Below, piece after piece: positions 1 through 9,940 of a DNA stretch of 64,000 nucleotides. This DNA comes from Rhodospirillales bacterium (GTDB taxonomy: Bacteria > Pseudomonadota > Alphaproteobacteria > Bin95), in contig JAYQLI010000035.1 in NCBI GenBank assembly GCA_038143065.1, positions 2,208,894 to 2,272,893 on the forward strand, given 5' to 3'. Below the pieces are notes generated by a model. The model worked only from the letters and a program-made list of their open reading frames with translations, did no database searches and was not told the DNA's origin. Both the position numbers and the translations under genes were made by a program. Each line of letters starts with the position of its first letter. Within the stretch, counting starts at the first letter, position 1.

Positions 1-142
1 TTTAGTATCGCAGGCTACAATAAAACGCAGAAATATTTTTTAAAAATATTTTTGCCCTGGAAAAGTGGCCACACCAGCAAAGTTCACTGAATGTAGTAGA
101 ACTAAACCATGAAAAACGATTTTACGTGCTGTTAATGATAAC

Positions 143-171
143 TTGATACGGCCGGTACATTGCGCCATCTT
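143..171 (+). promoter_or_regulatory. Putative sigma70 promoter of tRNA-Sec
   Basis: TTGATA (143-148), 17-nt spacer, CATCTT (166-171), ending 7 nt before the tRNA 5' end. Confidence 0.4.
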
Positions 172-178
172 CATAGGT

Positions 179-275
179 GGAGGGGAATGTCGTCCGGTGG
201 CGGCCCCGGTCTTCAAAACCGGTGAGGGGGCGTTAGGCGTTTCCTGGCGGGTTCGACTCCCACTCTCCTCCGCCA
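179..275 (+). tRNA. selC: tRNA-Sec (anticodon TCA)
   Basis: 8-bp acceptor GGAGGGGA/TCTCCTCC; 6-bp D stem GTCGTC/GGCGGC; anticodon arm CCGGT-CTTCAAA-ACCGG; long variable arm; T loop TTCGACT (one C-A mismatch in T stem); GCCA end. Confidence 0.95.
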
Positions 276-304
276 TTATGCATTTGCTAATAGCTATTTA
301 CACT

Positions 305-1195
305 TCAGCTGCGCTTATCAAGCGTATTTCTGAAAATTTGGATAGATGTCGCCAGACTTCTGTTCCTATCTGCTGTCGCTCTAGTTTCTTCTCGAAGCGG
401 TGTTTCATTTAAAAGGTCATAAGCCCAACGGGCGCCCTCGTGGAACTTTGACGTTATTTCGAGACTAGAGAGTGTTCCGGCAATTTCGTCCATTTCCGGT
501 CCAAAACGATGAGCATCAGCTGCTAGAAAACCAACCCAACGCTGCATTGGGTCGTATAACGAACGGTTGTTTTGCTCGAGTTCATTTAGAAAGGCATCAA
601 GCAGACCGAGTTTGTCTGCAGCAACTCCCATAGTTGCCATCATAGCCCACATGCCCTTGTTTAAACCGGCGTACATCATCTTGAGAGCTGATGCTTGCCC
701 AACGTCTGGGCCAAGAGCGATCACCTTCATGTCTGGACGATTCAGTGCTTCTGAAACAAATTTGGCTTTTTCACCTGACAAATAGACCCTTGGGCATCCT
801 TTGTCTGGCGAAGGGCCGATAATCCCACCGTCCAGGATTTCGACCCCCTCTCCTGACATGGTTTGAGCAATTCTTGCCATGGTAGCTGGGGAAATGGCGT
901 TTAAATCTGCAAAAAGTGGCTTCTTTGGAATTCTTCTCAACTCTGATGCAGAGGACTTAGCAAATTCTTCAGCGTGGCCAGGTGGCATAACTGATAATAC
1001 TAAGTCTGCCTCCTCTACAGCGGCGCTAAAAGAGCCAGCATCTTCAACACCAGCACGGACTGCATTGGCTTGACTTGCTGCACTTCTTGGAGTGAGGTCA
1101 CTTACAACCCGAAAACCAGCATCCACTAAGGTCCGACCAACGCCGCTGCCCATATCACCGGCTCCAAAAAGAGCAATTGTTTTAATTTTTTCCAT
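305..1195 (-). CDS. NAD(P)-dependent oxidoreductase, 3-hydroxyisobutyrate/6PGD family with DUF1932-like C-terminus
   Basis: GAGDMG Rossmann motif, DLNAISP, DGGIIG, ASALKMMYAGLNKG. Confidence 0.8.
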   Translation of the reverse strand: MEKIKTIALFGAGDMGSGVGRTLVDAGFRVVSDLTPRSAASQANAVRAGVEDAGSFSAAVEEADLVLSVMPPGHAEEFAKSSASELRRIPKKPLFADLNAISPATMARIAQTMSGEGVEILDGGIIGPSPDKGCPRVYLSGEKAKFVSEALNRPDMKVIALGPDVGQASALKMMYAGLNKGMWAMMATMGVAADKLGLLDAFLNELEQNNRSLYDPMQRWVGFLAADAHRFGPEMDEIAGTLSSLEITSKFHEGARWAYDLLNETPLREETRATADRNRSLATSIQIFRNTLDKRS

Positions 1196-1210
1196 TAAGT
1201 GCTTCCTACG

Positions 1211-1618
1211 CTATTTTAAAATTCTATATCCCCGAGGGTCGATCTTTTGATCAAAATGATTCACGATTCTTCTTTCGAGTGGTGGACTCATGCAACACGC
1301 CTTGCTTGCTAAGGCAAAGCTGTGTTTCAAATAGGGGGCAAAGCAAGAATATTGCCTGCCTTCAAGCGCTGCTTTGCACTTTCTCCTCCCCTCTGTCCAA
1401 ACATCGGCATCGCCTTCATTGATAAAACGGACTTGAGTATAAGGGTGGGAAGGCATCGGGGCTACACAACCTGGCTTCGCAACTGGGGCCACAGTCATAA
1501 CTGGTGTGGAGCCGTCTGAAAGTAGTGGCTGGTATTATGCCAGCTGCCCAAAATCTACACGCTCTGCGCTTGAGAAATAGGCGATCTTCGTGCCATTACT
1601 CTCTGGCTTCTATACCAT
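1211..1618 (-). pseudogene. Decayed cupin-domain gene
   Basis: AGGAG RBS, ATG at 1618; in-frame TAG (codon 3) and TAA (codon 28); motif 1 PGCVAPMPSHPYTQVRFINEG has lost its first His; motif 2 LKAGNILALPP lies in another frame before LKHSF. Confidence 0.6.
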
Positions 1619-1672
1619 CTGATTTCTCCTGAGTGGGTATGAGCATTTTATGGAACGAAAGGACAAGTTTCC

Positions 1673-2607
1673 ATGCGGATAGCTGTGATTGGTGCTGGAG
1701 GTGTTGGTGCTCCATTTGGTTCAGCTCTTGCCCGGGCAGGAATAGATGTCTGGTTTGTTGTAAGAGGCGCTCATCTAGAAGCAATGCGAAGGGATGGACT
1801 GTATATTAATGGAGCAAGAGGGAATTTTCATTTAAATCCAGTTCAAGCGACTGACGACCCTAGTCAGATTGGTAAAGTTGATTTTGTACTTTCGACTGTA
1901 AAACTTTGGGATGTTGAGAATTCTGCCTCGGTTATTAAGCCTTTAATTGATGGCCATACGGGTGTTGTAACACTTCAAAATGGTATTGATGCGCCAGAGC
2001 GGCTGGGTCGAATAATTGGGGATGACCCGATCATTGGTGGTGTGGCAATAGTAAATGCTGCAATTTCGTCCCCAGGGCACATAAATCAGATGGGCGAGTA
2101 CCAGAGTTTAACTTTTGGAGAACTTAACGGGTCAATAGAAGGCCGCGTTCAGGGATTAAAGGATGCTTGTGATGCAGCTGGTATTGATGCGCGCGTATCC
2201 CTAATATTATTAAGGATCTCTGGGAAAAGTTTGTTTTTTTGGTAAGCGTCTCGACGCTTACTGCTGCATCTCGCCAACGTCTGGAGTTTATTCGTTCTGA
2301 CTCTGACGCTCGTGCCACTTTAATCCGGTTACTCAATGAAGTTACTACAGTTGGGCAAGCAGCAGGAGTCCCCCTTTCTGATGATTTACCTCAGACCAGG
2401 CTTGCAATGATTGATGGGCAAGGTGGTAACTCAATTGCCTCAATGGCTATTGATTTGTTGCGCGGTAATAGACTCGAGTTGCCCTGGTTAGCCTCAAAGG
2501 CAGTAGAATTGGGACGCCAGTATGATGTTAAAATGCCTGCCTTGCAGGCTTTAGTTGGTGTGCTTCGCCCATTTGAAATGGGATCACCAACCTTGCCTGA
2601 TCTCTGA
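1673..2607 (+). CDS. panE: 2-dehydropantoate 2-reductase (frameshift near 2200)
   Basis: GAGGVG, VKLWD, LQNG; adding one C to the run at 2199-2201 restores PNIIKDLWEKFVFL; C-terminal SMAIDLLRGNRLEL. Confidence 0.85.
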
Positions 2608-2715
2608 TATTTTAAATATGTCATTCATGTCTAACGGCTGATAGATCAATATTTCACGGGCTAGCTATCTGGTATTCATGGCTGCTCCTTTAAGCCTAAA
2701 AAAGGTTTGCTTTTA

Positions 2716-3543
2716 ATGGTCCAAATAACAGGCATGACGCGTTTGATTGCACACATTGGCTGGCCCACTGAGCCATTCAAAGCCCCGCTTATATATAATC
2801 CATGGTTCGAGAAAGCAGGTATTGATGCCGTTGTCGTTCCTATGGGCGCAACTGCCCAAGATTACCCAGAATTTTTTAAGTATGTTTTCAGGTTATCTAA
2901 TATTCTAGGCGCCCTGGTAACTATGCCTCATAAACGTACAACAGCCTCATTAGTAGATCGCCAAAGCCGAGCTGTTGCTATTGCTGGAGCCTGTAATGCT
3001 GTTCGTTTAGGAGTTGATGGTAAGCTAGAAGGTGACCTCTTTGATGGTTATGGCTTTGTTTCCGCGATGATGCGTGCTGGAGAAAAAATTAAGAATTTTT
3101 CTGCATTGATCGTTGGAGCTGGTGGGGTTGGTTCAGCAATTGCTGGAGCCTTGGCTGAACATGATGTTGGTCAACTTGGACTTTATGATGTAGTGCCTGG
3201 CTTGTCAGAGCAGCTTAGAGATCGGCTACACACACATTTTAAAAATTTGGAAATTAAAACCGGCAGTAATGACCCAAAAGGTTATGATATTATTGTCAAT
3301 GCAACCCCAATTGGTCTCGCAGCTGGTGACCCAATCTCTGTGGATGTTTCCCGTATTTCGCCAACTGCTTTTGTGGGTGAGGTGGTAATGTCAGACACGC
3401 CGCTTCTGGCTGCAGCCAAGGCGCGTGGGTGTCGTATCCAATCAGGACTCTCGATGAATTATGAGCAAATTCCCGCGTATTTAAACTTTTTTGGATTGCC
3501 ATCCACCGATCCAGAAACGTTGCAAAGTTTTGCAAGGGTCTGA
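2716..3543 (+). CDS. Shikimate dehydrogenase family protein
   Basis: VTMPHK, GACNAV, DGYGF, GAGGVG, VNATPIG motifs (AroE family). Confidence 0.85.
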   Translation: MVQITGMTRLIAHIGWPTEPFKAPLIYNPWFEKAGIDAVVVPMGATAQDYPEFFKYVFRLSNILGALVTMPHKRTTASLVDRQSRAVAIAGACNAVRLGVDGKLEGDLFDGYGFVSAMMRAGEKIKNFSALIVGAGGVGSAIAGALAEHDVGQLGLYDVVPGLSEQLRDRLHTHFKNLEIKTGSNDPKGYDIIVNATPIGLAAGDPISVDVSRISPTAFVGEVVMSDTPLLAAAKARGCRIQSGLSMNYEQIPAYLNFFGLPSTDPETLQSFARV

Positions 3544-3606
3544 AAGAGAGTAAACAACTTATCGCAAGTTAATGGAGCTAGAAAATTAGTCGCTGAGCCC
3601 CAAAAG

Positions 3607-4365
3607 TTATAGTCTCCACCCTCTGTGAAGTGCGACCACACCCTTCGTCATATCTCGCCATGAGACCCGATCAAAACCAGCATCTTCCATAAGTGCAGCA
3701 AGTGTTGGTTGATTGGGAAAGCGTCTGATGCTCTCAACAAGGTATTGGTACGAACTGCGATCTCCCGTCGTGGCTTGGCCTAATGCTGGGATAACGGAAA
3801 AAGAATATTTATCGTAGAGCGATTGCAGAGTTGGCTCCAAGATCTTGCTGAATTCCAGGCAAAAAAAACGTCCTCCTGGTTTCAGAATTCTCCGCATTTC
3901 ACGTAATGCAGATAGTCGATCAGTCACGTTTCTAAGACCAAAGGAAATCGTAACAGCATCAGCACTGCAATCTGGTAATGGTAAACGTTCAGCATCTCCT
4001 GTTAACCAATCCACCCCCGCTATGCCTTTATCTATTGCTCGGTCACGTCCTACAGAAACCATTTGGGCGTTGGCATCTATAACGATAGCTTCAAGCATAC
4101 CTCTGGCATGACTTTGTGCTCGGAAAACAATGTCTCCTGTGCCGCCTGCAACATCAATTACACGTTCGCCCGCAACTGGGTTAAGTTCAGCAATGAGCGC
4201 TGATTTCCAGAAACGGTGTAGACCTCCGCTCATAAGATCGTTCATGAGGTCGTATCTGGATGCAACGGAGTCAAAAACACCTCTAACCCGCTTAGCTTTC
4301 TCGGCGCGAGGTACTTCCATAAAGCCAAAATCAATTATATCAGTAGGTGTCTGATTTTCAGTCAT
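3607..4365 (-). CDS. ubiE: Ubiquinone/menaquinone C-methyltransferase
   Basis: VFDSVASRYDLMNDLMSGGLHR, DVAGGTGD, FGLRNVTD, YQYLVESIRRFP. Confidence 0.97.
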   Translation of the reverse strand: MTENQTPTDIIDFGFMEVPRAEKAKRVRGVFDSVASRYDLMNDLMSGGLHRFWKSALIAELNPVAGERVIDVAGGTGDIVFRAQSHARGMLEAIVIDANAQMVSVGRDRAIDKGIAGVDWLTGDAERLPLPDCSADAVTISFGLRNVTDRLSALREMRRILKPGGRFFCLEFSKILEPTLQSLYDKYSFSVIPALGQATTGDRSSYQYLVESIRRFPNQPTLAALMEDAGFDRVSWRDMTKGVVALHRGWRL

Positions 4366-4413
4366 AGTGTAAATGAAAATAGCGATAATTTCGCAGAGTT
4401 GCTACCAAAACAA

Positions 4414-5235
4414 ATGCCAGAGCTTCCAGAAGTCGAAACCTCAATGCGCGGGCTCGCTAGTGCCATTCAAGGCCGTGAGCTAAAGAGAGTTCGGGCAATG
4501 CGTGCGGATCTTCGTTTCCCCCTGCCGGCAGGATTTAGTGACCGCTTACAGGGCCGCACGGTAGAGGGATTAGAAAGACGTGCAAAGTATATCCTTGTTA
4601 GATTAACCGGAGGTCTAACTTGGCTTATTCACCTCGGAATGTCTGGACGCTTGATCGTAGGCAAGGGACATCTGCCTTCACTGGAAAAACACGATCATGT
4701 CACCATTGAAACCACCTCAGGGTATGTAATTTATCAAGATGCCCGGCGCTTTGGATTCATGGACTTGTTTGAAGCTAGTGCAGAGTTAAGTCATCCTCGT
4801 TTGAAAGATTTAGGTCTTGAGCCTTTGACAGACCTTAGTAGTTCTTCCCTCGCTTCAGTCTTAAAAGGCCGGTCATCGTCTGTGAAGGCAGCTCTTCTTG
4901 ACCAAAGATTGATTGCCGGACTTGGCAACATCTATGCTTCGGAAGCTTTATTTAGAGCAAAAGTTAGGCCAGCGCGCGCGGCTGGAATGTTGACACGGTC
5001 AGAGATCAAGCGACTAGTGAAAGCGATCCCTGAGGTATTAGCCGAAGCAATAAAGGCCGGCGGTTCTTCTTTGCGCGATTATCGCCAGCCGTCAGGCGAA
5101 CTTGGTTATTTTAAAGCATCTTGGGCGGTTTACGGGCGTGAAGGTCAAGCTTGTGTTCATTGCAGAAAAGGTATCGTAGCAAGGGTTGTTCAGTCTGGAC
5201 GGTCGTCCTTCTATTGTCCGAAGTGTCAACGATAG
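4414..5235 (+). CDS. mutM: Formamidopyrimidine-DNA glycosylase
   Basis: MPELPEVE start, HLGMSG, GLGNIYASE, C-terminal zinc finger CxxC...CPKCQ. Confidence 0.97.
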   Translation: MPELPEVETSMRGLASAIQGRELKRVRAMRADLRFPLPAGFSDRLQGRTVEGLERRAKYILVRLTGGLTWLIHLGMSGRLIVGKGHLPSLEKHDHVTIETTSGYVIYQDARRFGFMDLFEASAELSHPRLKDLGLEPLTDLSSSSLASVLKGRSSSVKAALLDQRLIAGLGNIYASEALFRAKVRPARAAGMLTRSEIKRLVKAIPEVLAEAIKAGGSSLRDYRQPSGELGYFKASWAVYGREGQACVHCRKGIVARVVQSGRSSFYCPKCQR

Positions 5236-5282
5236 GCTATTCAGCTGTCAAACAATAAAGGGCTAGCTTGGAGGTTTCATCA

Positions 5283-6058
5283 ATGGCTTTCGATTTTGTT
5301 ATTTCGGAAAAGCGTGGCCGAGTTGGTCTAATTACTCTCAATCGGCCAAAGGCTCTCAACGCTCTATGTGCGCAGCTTGTGGATGAGTTAGCTCAAATTA
5401 TTGATCAATTTGAAGCGAATCCTGAAATAGGTGCGATAGTTCTTACTGGTAGCGACAAAGCTTTCGCTGCAGGCGCTGACATAAAAGAGATGCAGTCCAA
5501 GACTTACATGGATGCATACATGGAAGATTTCATAACGGTTAATTGGGAGCGAATTGCGAGTTGTAGGAAGCCCACCATTGCTGCTGTTGCCGGATATGCT
5601 CTTGGAGGCGGCTGCGAGGTGGCAATGATGTGCGATATGATTATTGCCGCGACCACAGCAAAATTTGGTCAGCCTGAAATCAATCTTGGTGTTATCCCCG
5701 GGGTGGTGGGACTCAACGACTCACTCGAGCTGTTGGGAAATCAAAGGCAATGGAAATGTGCCTAACTGGGAGAATGATGGATGCTGAAGAGGCTGAGCGT
5801 TCTGGCCTAGTGGCTCGAGTGGTCAAGGCTGATGAACTTTTAACCGAGGCAATGAAAACTGGAGCTGAAATTGCGGATAAATCACTTCCAGTTGCGATGA
5901 TTTGTAAAGAATCGATTAACCGAGCTTATGAAGGAACTTTGGCTGAGGGAGTTCGTTTTGAGCGTCGGCTGTTCCACTCCTGCTTTGCTACTGAAGATCA
6001 ATCTGAGGGCATGGCAGCTTTTATTGAGAAGCGGCAGCCAACGTTTGCGCATAAATAG
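5283..6058 (+). CDS. Enoyl-CoA hydratase (frameshift near 5700)
   Basis: [23 protein letters not shown]; one G missing in a run restores IPGGGGTQRL. Confidence 0.9.
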
Positions 6059-6110
6059 CCCCTGGAGAGTATCAATTGGGCTGTTTTCTGTGAGTTGATA
6101 ACGACATCTC

Positions 6111-6140
6111 TTGACGTTAGTAGTGGCATGGCTTTATAGA
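6111..6140 (+). promoter_or_regulatory. Putative sigma70 promoter of rpsT
   Basis: TTGACG-18 nt-TATAGA upstream of rpsT. Confidence 0.45.
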
Positions 6141-6206
6141 CCCACGCTGACGTTTTTAAACGCCCGCCTAATTAATGTTTGTAAATTTAAGTGGAACACA
6201 ACACAG

Positions 6207-6470
6207 ATGGCTAATAGTAAGCAGGCAGAGAAGCGGATCCGCCAGACTCGCCGCCGCACCAGTGTTAACCGGATGCGTGTAAGTCGCTACCGTACATTTG
6301 TGAAAAAAGTTGAGTTGGCAATTGCTGCTGGCGATAAAGATGTTGCATCCGCAGCATTACAAAGCGCCCAGCCAATTATGCATAGTGCTGTTAACAAGGG
6401 CATCATTCATCGCAACACAGTCAATCGGAAACTTTCCAGGTTGGCGCGCCGCGTAAATTTAATGGCCTAA
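6207..6470 (+). CDS. rpsT: 30S ribosomal protein S20
   Basis: [13 protein letters not shown]...[16 protein letters not shown]. Confidence 0.97.
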   Translation: MANSKQAEKRIRQTRRRTSVNRMRVSRYRTFVKKVELAIAAGDKDVASAALQSAQPIMHSAVNKGIIHRNTVNRKLSRLARRVNLMA

Positions 6471-6499
6471 TACTCAATTCAGAGATTTTTGATTTAGAT

Positions 6500-6533
6500 G
6501 CGCCGGGAAATGTCCCGGCGTTTTTTTTTTTTT
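6500..6533 (+). terminator. Intrinsic terminator after rpsT
   Basis: GCGCCGGGA-AATG-TCCCGGCGT hairpin running into a T tract (6521-6533). Confidence 0.9.
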
Positions 6534-6864
6534 GGGGCTCCTGATTTGATGATTCGTAATCGTTCCAAACGCTTGTGGGAGTCCCGACTCCTGGGCCGAG
6601 AGAGTCAAGTCGCTTTTATTGCAAATTTATTAAATCGTTGGATTGCGCGAGGAGACTGGTCTAGTTACTTTTGTCTCATAACAATAAAAAAAGAATCTAA
6701 CTGTTAGAGGTATAAGTAACAAAAACGATTATGCTTACTTTGTTATAAAAAACAGATAACTGATCAGGTTCTTAAATAAAAAATATGTAAAACATAATAA
6801 AAATGTCCCTTATCAGGAGCATTTATTGCAATTGTATTAATAGAGTGAGGCTGAGTGTAGTGTA

Positions 6865-7278
6865 ATGTATGCTGGCGACTTGTCACCAAATGATGCATTA
6901 AAACTTCTCCATGATGATACGTCAGCCCGGCTTGTAGATGTTAGGACTGATGCTGAATGGTCCTATGTCGGAGTCCCGGATCTTTCTACTGCTGCTAGTG
7001 ACCTTGTTTTGCTTAGTTGGCAGCGTTTCCCATCGATGCAGGTTGATCCAGACTTTCTTAGCCAGCTATCAAAAATTGCGCCGAATCTTTCTGCGCCACT
7101 ATTGTTTCTTTGCAGGTCTGGAGTTCGTTCTCAGTCTGCAGCTGTAGCAGCTACCTCGGCAGGTTACACATCGGCCTTTAACGTTGCTGGTGGATTTGAG
7201 GGAGATAAAAATTCTGATGGGCATCGTGGAAAAATAAATGGCTGGAAGGCTCTAGGCTTGCCTTGGGTTCAGGGATAA
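6865..7278 (+). CDS. Rhodanese-like domain protein
   Basis: LVDVRTDAEW, active-site loop CRSGVRS, GGFEG, GWKALGLPW. Confidence 0.9.
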   Translation: MYAGDLSPNDALKLLHDDTSARLVDVRTDAEWSYVGVPDLSTAASDLVLLSWQRFPSMQVDPDFLSQLSKIAPNLSAPLLFLCRSGVRSQSAAVAATSAGYTSAFNVAGGFEGDKNSDGHRGKINGWKALGLPWVQG

Positions 7279-7283
7279 AGGCG

Positions 7284-8647
7284 ATGGTTAGTATGGAAGA
7301 GCAGCGTAATGCTGAATGGGCTCGTCTGAGGGGGCGTCTTCGCGCAGAATTTGGTGATGGAGTGTTTCGAAGCTGGCTTCAGCCACTGACTTTGATTTCA
7401 GTTGAGAACAACAAGGTTGTTCTTGGAGTGCCAACTCGATTCGTTCGTGATCGTGTTGTGGCGTTATATGGGTCACGTCTCAGAGAACTATGGCGTGAGG
7501 AAGATAACGAAGTTGGCCAAATTAACTTTGTGATTGATGCTAATATTGCTGGCCGCAAGCCCAGTGTGGTGGCTCCCCCCGAGCCTGATCCTCCGGAGTT
7601 TGATCTTGATGGATGGGCGGAAGGTGTATCGTCGCCTCTTGATCAGCGCTTGTCCTTTGAGAATTTTGTTGTTGGTAATCCCAATGAATTTGCGTTTGCA
7701 GCGTGTATGCGAGCCGTGGAAAACGAGACTCCAGCATACAACCCGCTTTTTCTCTATGGAGGAGTGGGTTTAGGCAAAACACATCTTATGCATTCCACGG
7801 CGGCCGCTCTTCAGGCGAAATATCCTAAGAAGCGAGTCCTTTATTTAACAGCTGAGAAATTTCTTTATCAATTTATTAGAGCTCTTCGGGCGCAAGAAAC
7901 TGTTCCTTTCAAGGAGCTATTTAGGTCAGTCGATGTTCTACTAGTTGATGACATTCAGTTTTTGTGTGGCCGAGACGCAACCCAAGAGGAATTTTTTCAT
8001 ACCTTTAATGCGTTAGTTGAACAGGGACGTCAGGTCATTGTATCTGCTGATGCTTCTCCAAGCGATATAGAGGGTATGGAGGACCGCCTTAAATCCCGCC
8101 TGGGATGGGGATTAGTAGTGGAGTTGAGCCCAACAAATTACGAATTACGTTTCGCAATTCTTGAGAAGAAGGCGAAAGAAAAAGGGCTAGAGTTAGACCC
8201 CCGTATTTTGGAATTTGTAGCTCAGCGAATTGCCACTAATGTGCGCTAGCTATAGGGAGCGTTGAATAGGCTTGTGGCTCATAGTCAGCTATCTGGTCGA
8301 GCAATAACACTCGATTCAGCTCAAAGTGCTCTTCGTGATCTACTTAGGGCGAGTGAGCGTCGGGTATCTATTGAAGAGATCCAGAAACAAGTCGCAGAAC
8401 ACTTCAACATTCGCCTCGCAGATATGAGCTCTCCTCGTCGGGCACGTGCCGTAGCTAGGCCGCGCCAAGTAGCAATGTATCTAGCCAAGCATTTGACGTC
8501 TCGGTCACTGCCTGAGATTGGACGGAGGTTTGGGGGCGTGATCACACAACAGTGATGCATGCGATCCGAAAAATCGAAGAATTGTCATCGGGTGACGCTG
8601 TCCTATCGGAGGATATTAGGCTTATTCGTCGTTCTCTGGAAAATTGA
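7284..8647 (+). CDS. dnaA: Chromosomal replication initiator DnaA (two in-frame TAG and one frameshift in this sequence)
   Basis: [41 protein letters not shown]; NVR*L*GAL at 8247-8255; a missing G near 8535 restores [12 protein letters not shown]. Confidence 0.95.
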
Positions 8648-8761
8648 GACTGCTTCTAACGGGTTTTGCGCTCTATCGCGCCTGCGTCGATGGGACGGTT
8701 CCATGAATCAGTATTACGCGCTATTGAAGCGGCGAAGCCAATTTCATCCAAGTCGTAGCCT

Positions 8762-9934
8762 ATGAGTGATCCCCTGCCACATTCTGGCCTCTTGCCGACT
8801 GGTCTTATTGATGCGCTGCCTCCAGACGCGGAGCGCGACAGTTTAGCTGCTGAACGCGCTTTGAATTTATTAGCTGCTTATGGGTATCAGCAGGTTTCTC
8901 CACCTTTACTTGAATTCGAGGAGAGTTTTCTTTCAGGAGCTGGAGAGCCGCTAGCTCGTGAAACCTTTAGGATCATGGATCCCGCATCTCAGCGCATGCT
9001 CGTTCTTCGATCAGATATGACCCCCCAAATCTCTCGCATTGCAGCAAGTCGATTGGGTAACGTGCCCCGTCCTCTTCGTCTATGTTATATTGGGCAAGTT
9101 CTGCGTGTTTCTGGTGGACGACCAGGAGCTGAACGGCAATTGCGGCAAGCAGGGGCAGAGCTGATAGGTTCTTCGCGTCCAGAAGCAGATGCTGAAATTA
9201 TTTTACTTGCTGCTGCAGCACTTCGGGCCATCGGCGGTGAACGTGTGACTGTCGACTTGAACGTGCCACACATGGCGAGTAGGGCAGCTGTGGCTGCGGG
9301 TTTGATTGATTGTGTTACTCAAGAATTCCTGGATGCACTGGACCGAAAGGATATCTCGGAAATTGGTAGGGTTGCTCCTAACGCGGCAGATCTTCTCGGT
9401 AAGTTAATAGATGCTGGGGGTGACGCGGACTCTGCTTTATCATTAATTGATAAACTTCAACTTGATGATGGCTCAGCAAAACGCGTTAACAAATTGAGGA
9501 CCATCGTTGACTTAGTTCGGCGAGAGACTCCTGACTTGTCATTAACGATTGATTATGTCGAGCATCGTGGTTTTGACTACTATTCCGATGTAGCTTTCTC
9601 TCTGTTTGCTAAAGGGCGATTGGGCGAGCTTGGAAGGGGAGGGCGCTATCAGGCGCCTGTTCGAGAAGGTGGAGATCCCCATGGCGAACCGGCAGTAGGG
9701 TTTAGCTTATTTATGTCTGCAGTAGGTCAGGCAGCTGAACATCAAGTACCTCCAAGCCGTGTTTTTCTTCCCTATGGTGTCAATATGATGAAGGCTAGAC
9801 ATGAAATTCGGCTGGCTGGCTGCGTTGCTGTTTCAGGCTTAGACCCCAACCTAGATCCATATCAGGAAGCAAAACGACTTGAATGTCAGGGCCTCTGGCA
9901 TGGTGGAAAAATCGAATTCTTTAAGGAAGGTTAG
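8762..9934 (+). CDS. hisZ: ATP phosphoribosyltransferase regulatory subunit
   Basis: LLPTGLIDALP, LRSDMTPQISRIA, RQLRQAGAELIG, GRGGRY; upstream of purA. Confidence 0.9.
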   Translation: MSDPLPHSGLLPTGLIDALPPDAERDSLAAERALNLLAAYGYQQVSPPLLEFEESFLSGAGEPLARETFRIMDPASQRMLVLRSDMTPQISRIAASRLGNVPRPLRLCYIGQVLRVSGGRPGAERQLRQAGAELIGSSRPEADAEIILLAAAALRAIGGERVTVDLNVPHMASRAAVAAGLIDCVTQEFLDALDRKDISEIGRVAPNAADLLGKLIDAGGDADSALSLIDKLQLDDGSAKRVNKLRTIVDLVRRETPDLSLTIDYVEHRGFDYYSDVAFSLFAKGRLGELGRGGRYQAPVREGGDPHGEPAVGFSLFMSAVGQAAEHQVPPSRVFLPYGVNMMKARHEIRLAGCVAVSGLDPNLDPYQEAKRLECQGLWHGGKIEFFKEG

Positions 9935-9940
9935 CCGATC

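Noticed and set aside
40-412. ORFs 40..276 and 143..412
   Set aside because: Spurious frames across the tRNA-Sec gene.
276-3600. Genomic island integrated at selC
   Set aside because: No integrase and no duplicated tRNA 3' end (att site) seen.
6540-6864. oriC next to dnaA
   Set aside because: The stretch is AT-rich, but I found no TTATCCACA-like boxes or CtrA TTAA-N7-TTAA sites; alphaproteobacterial origins are often near hemE instead.
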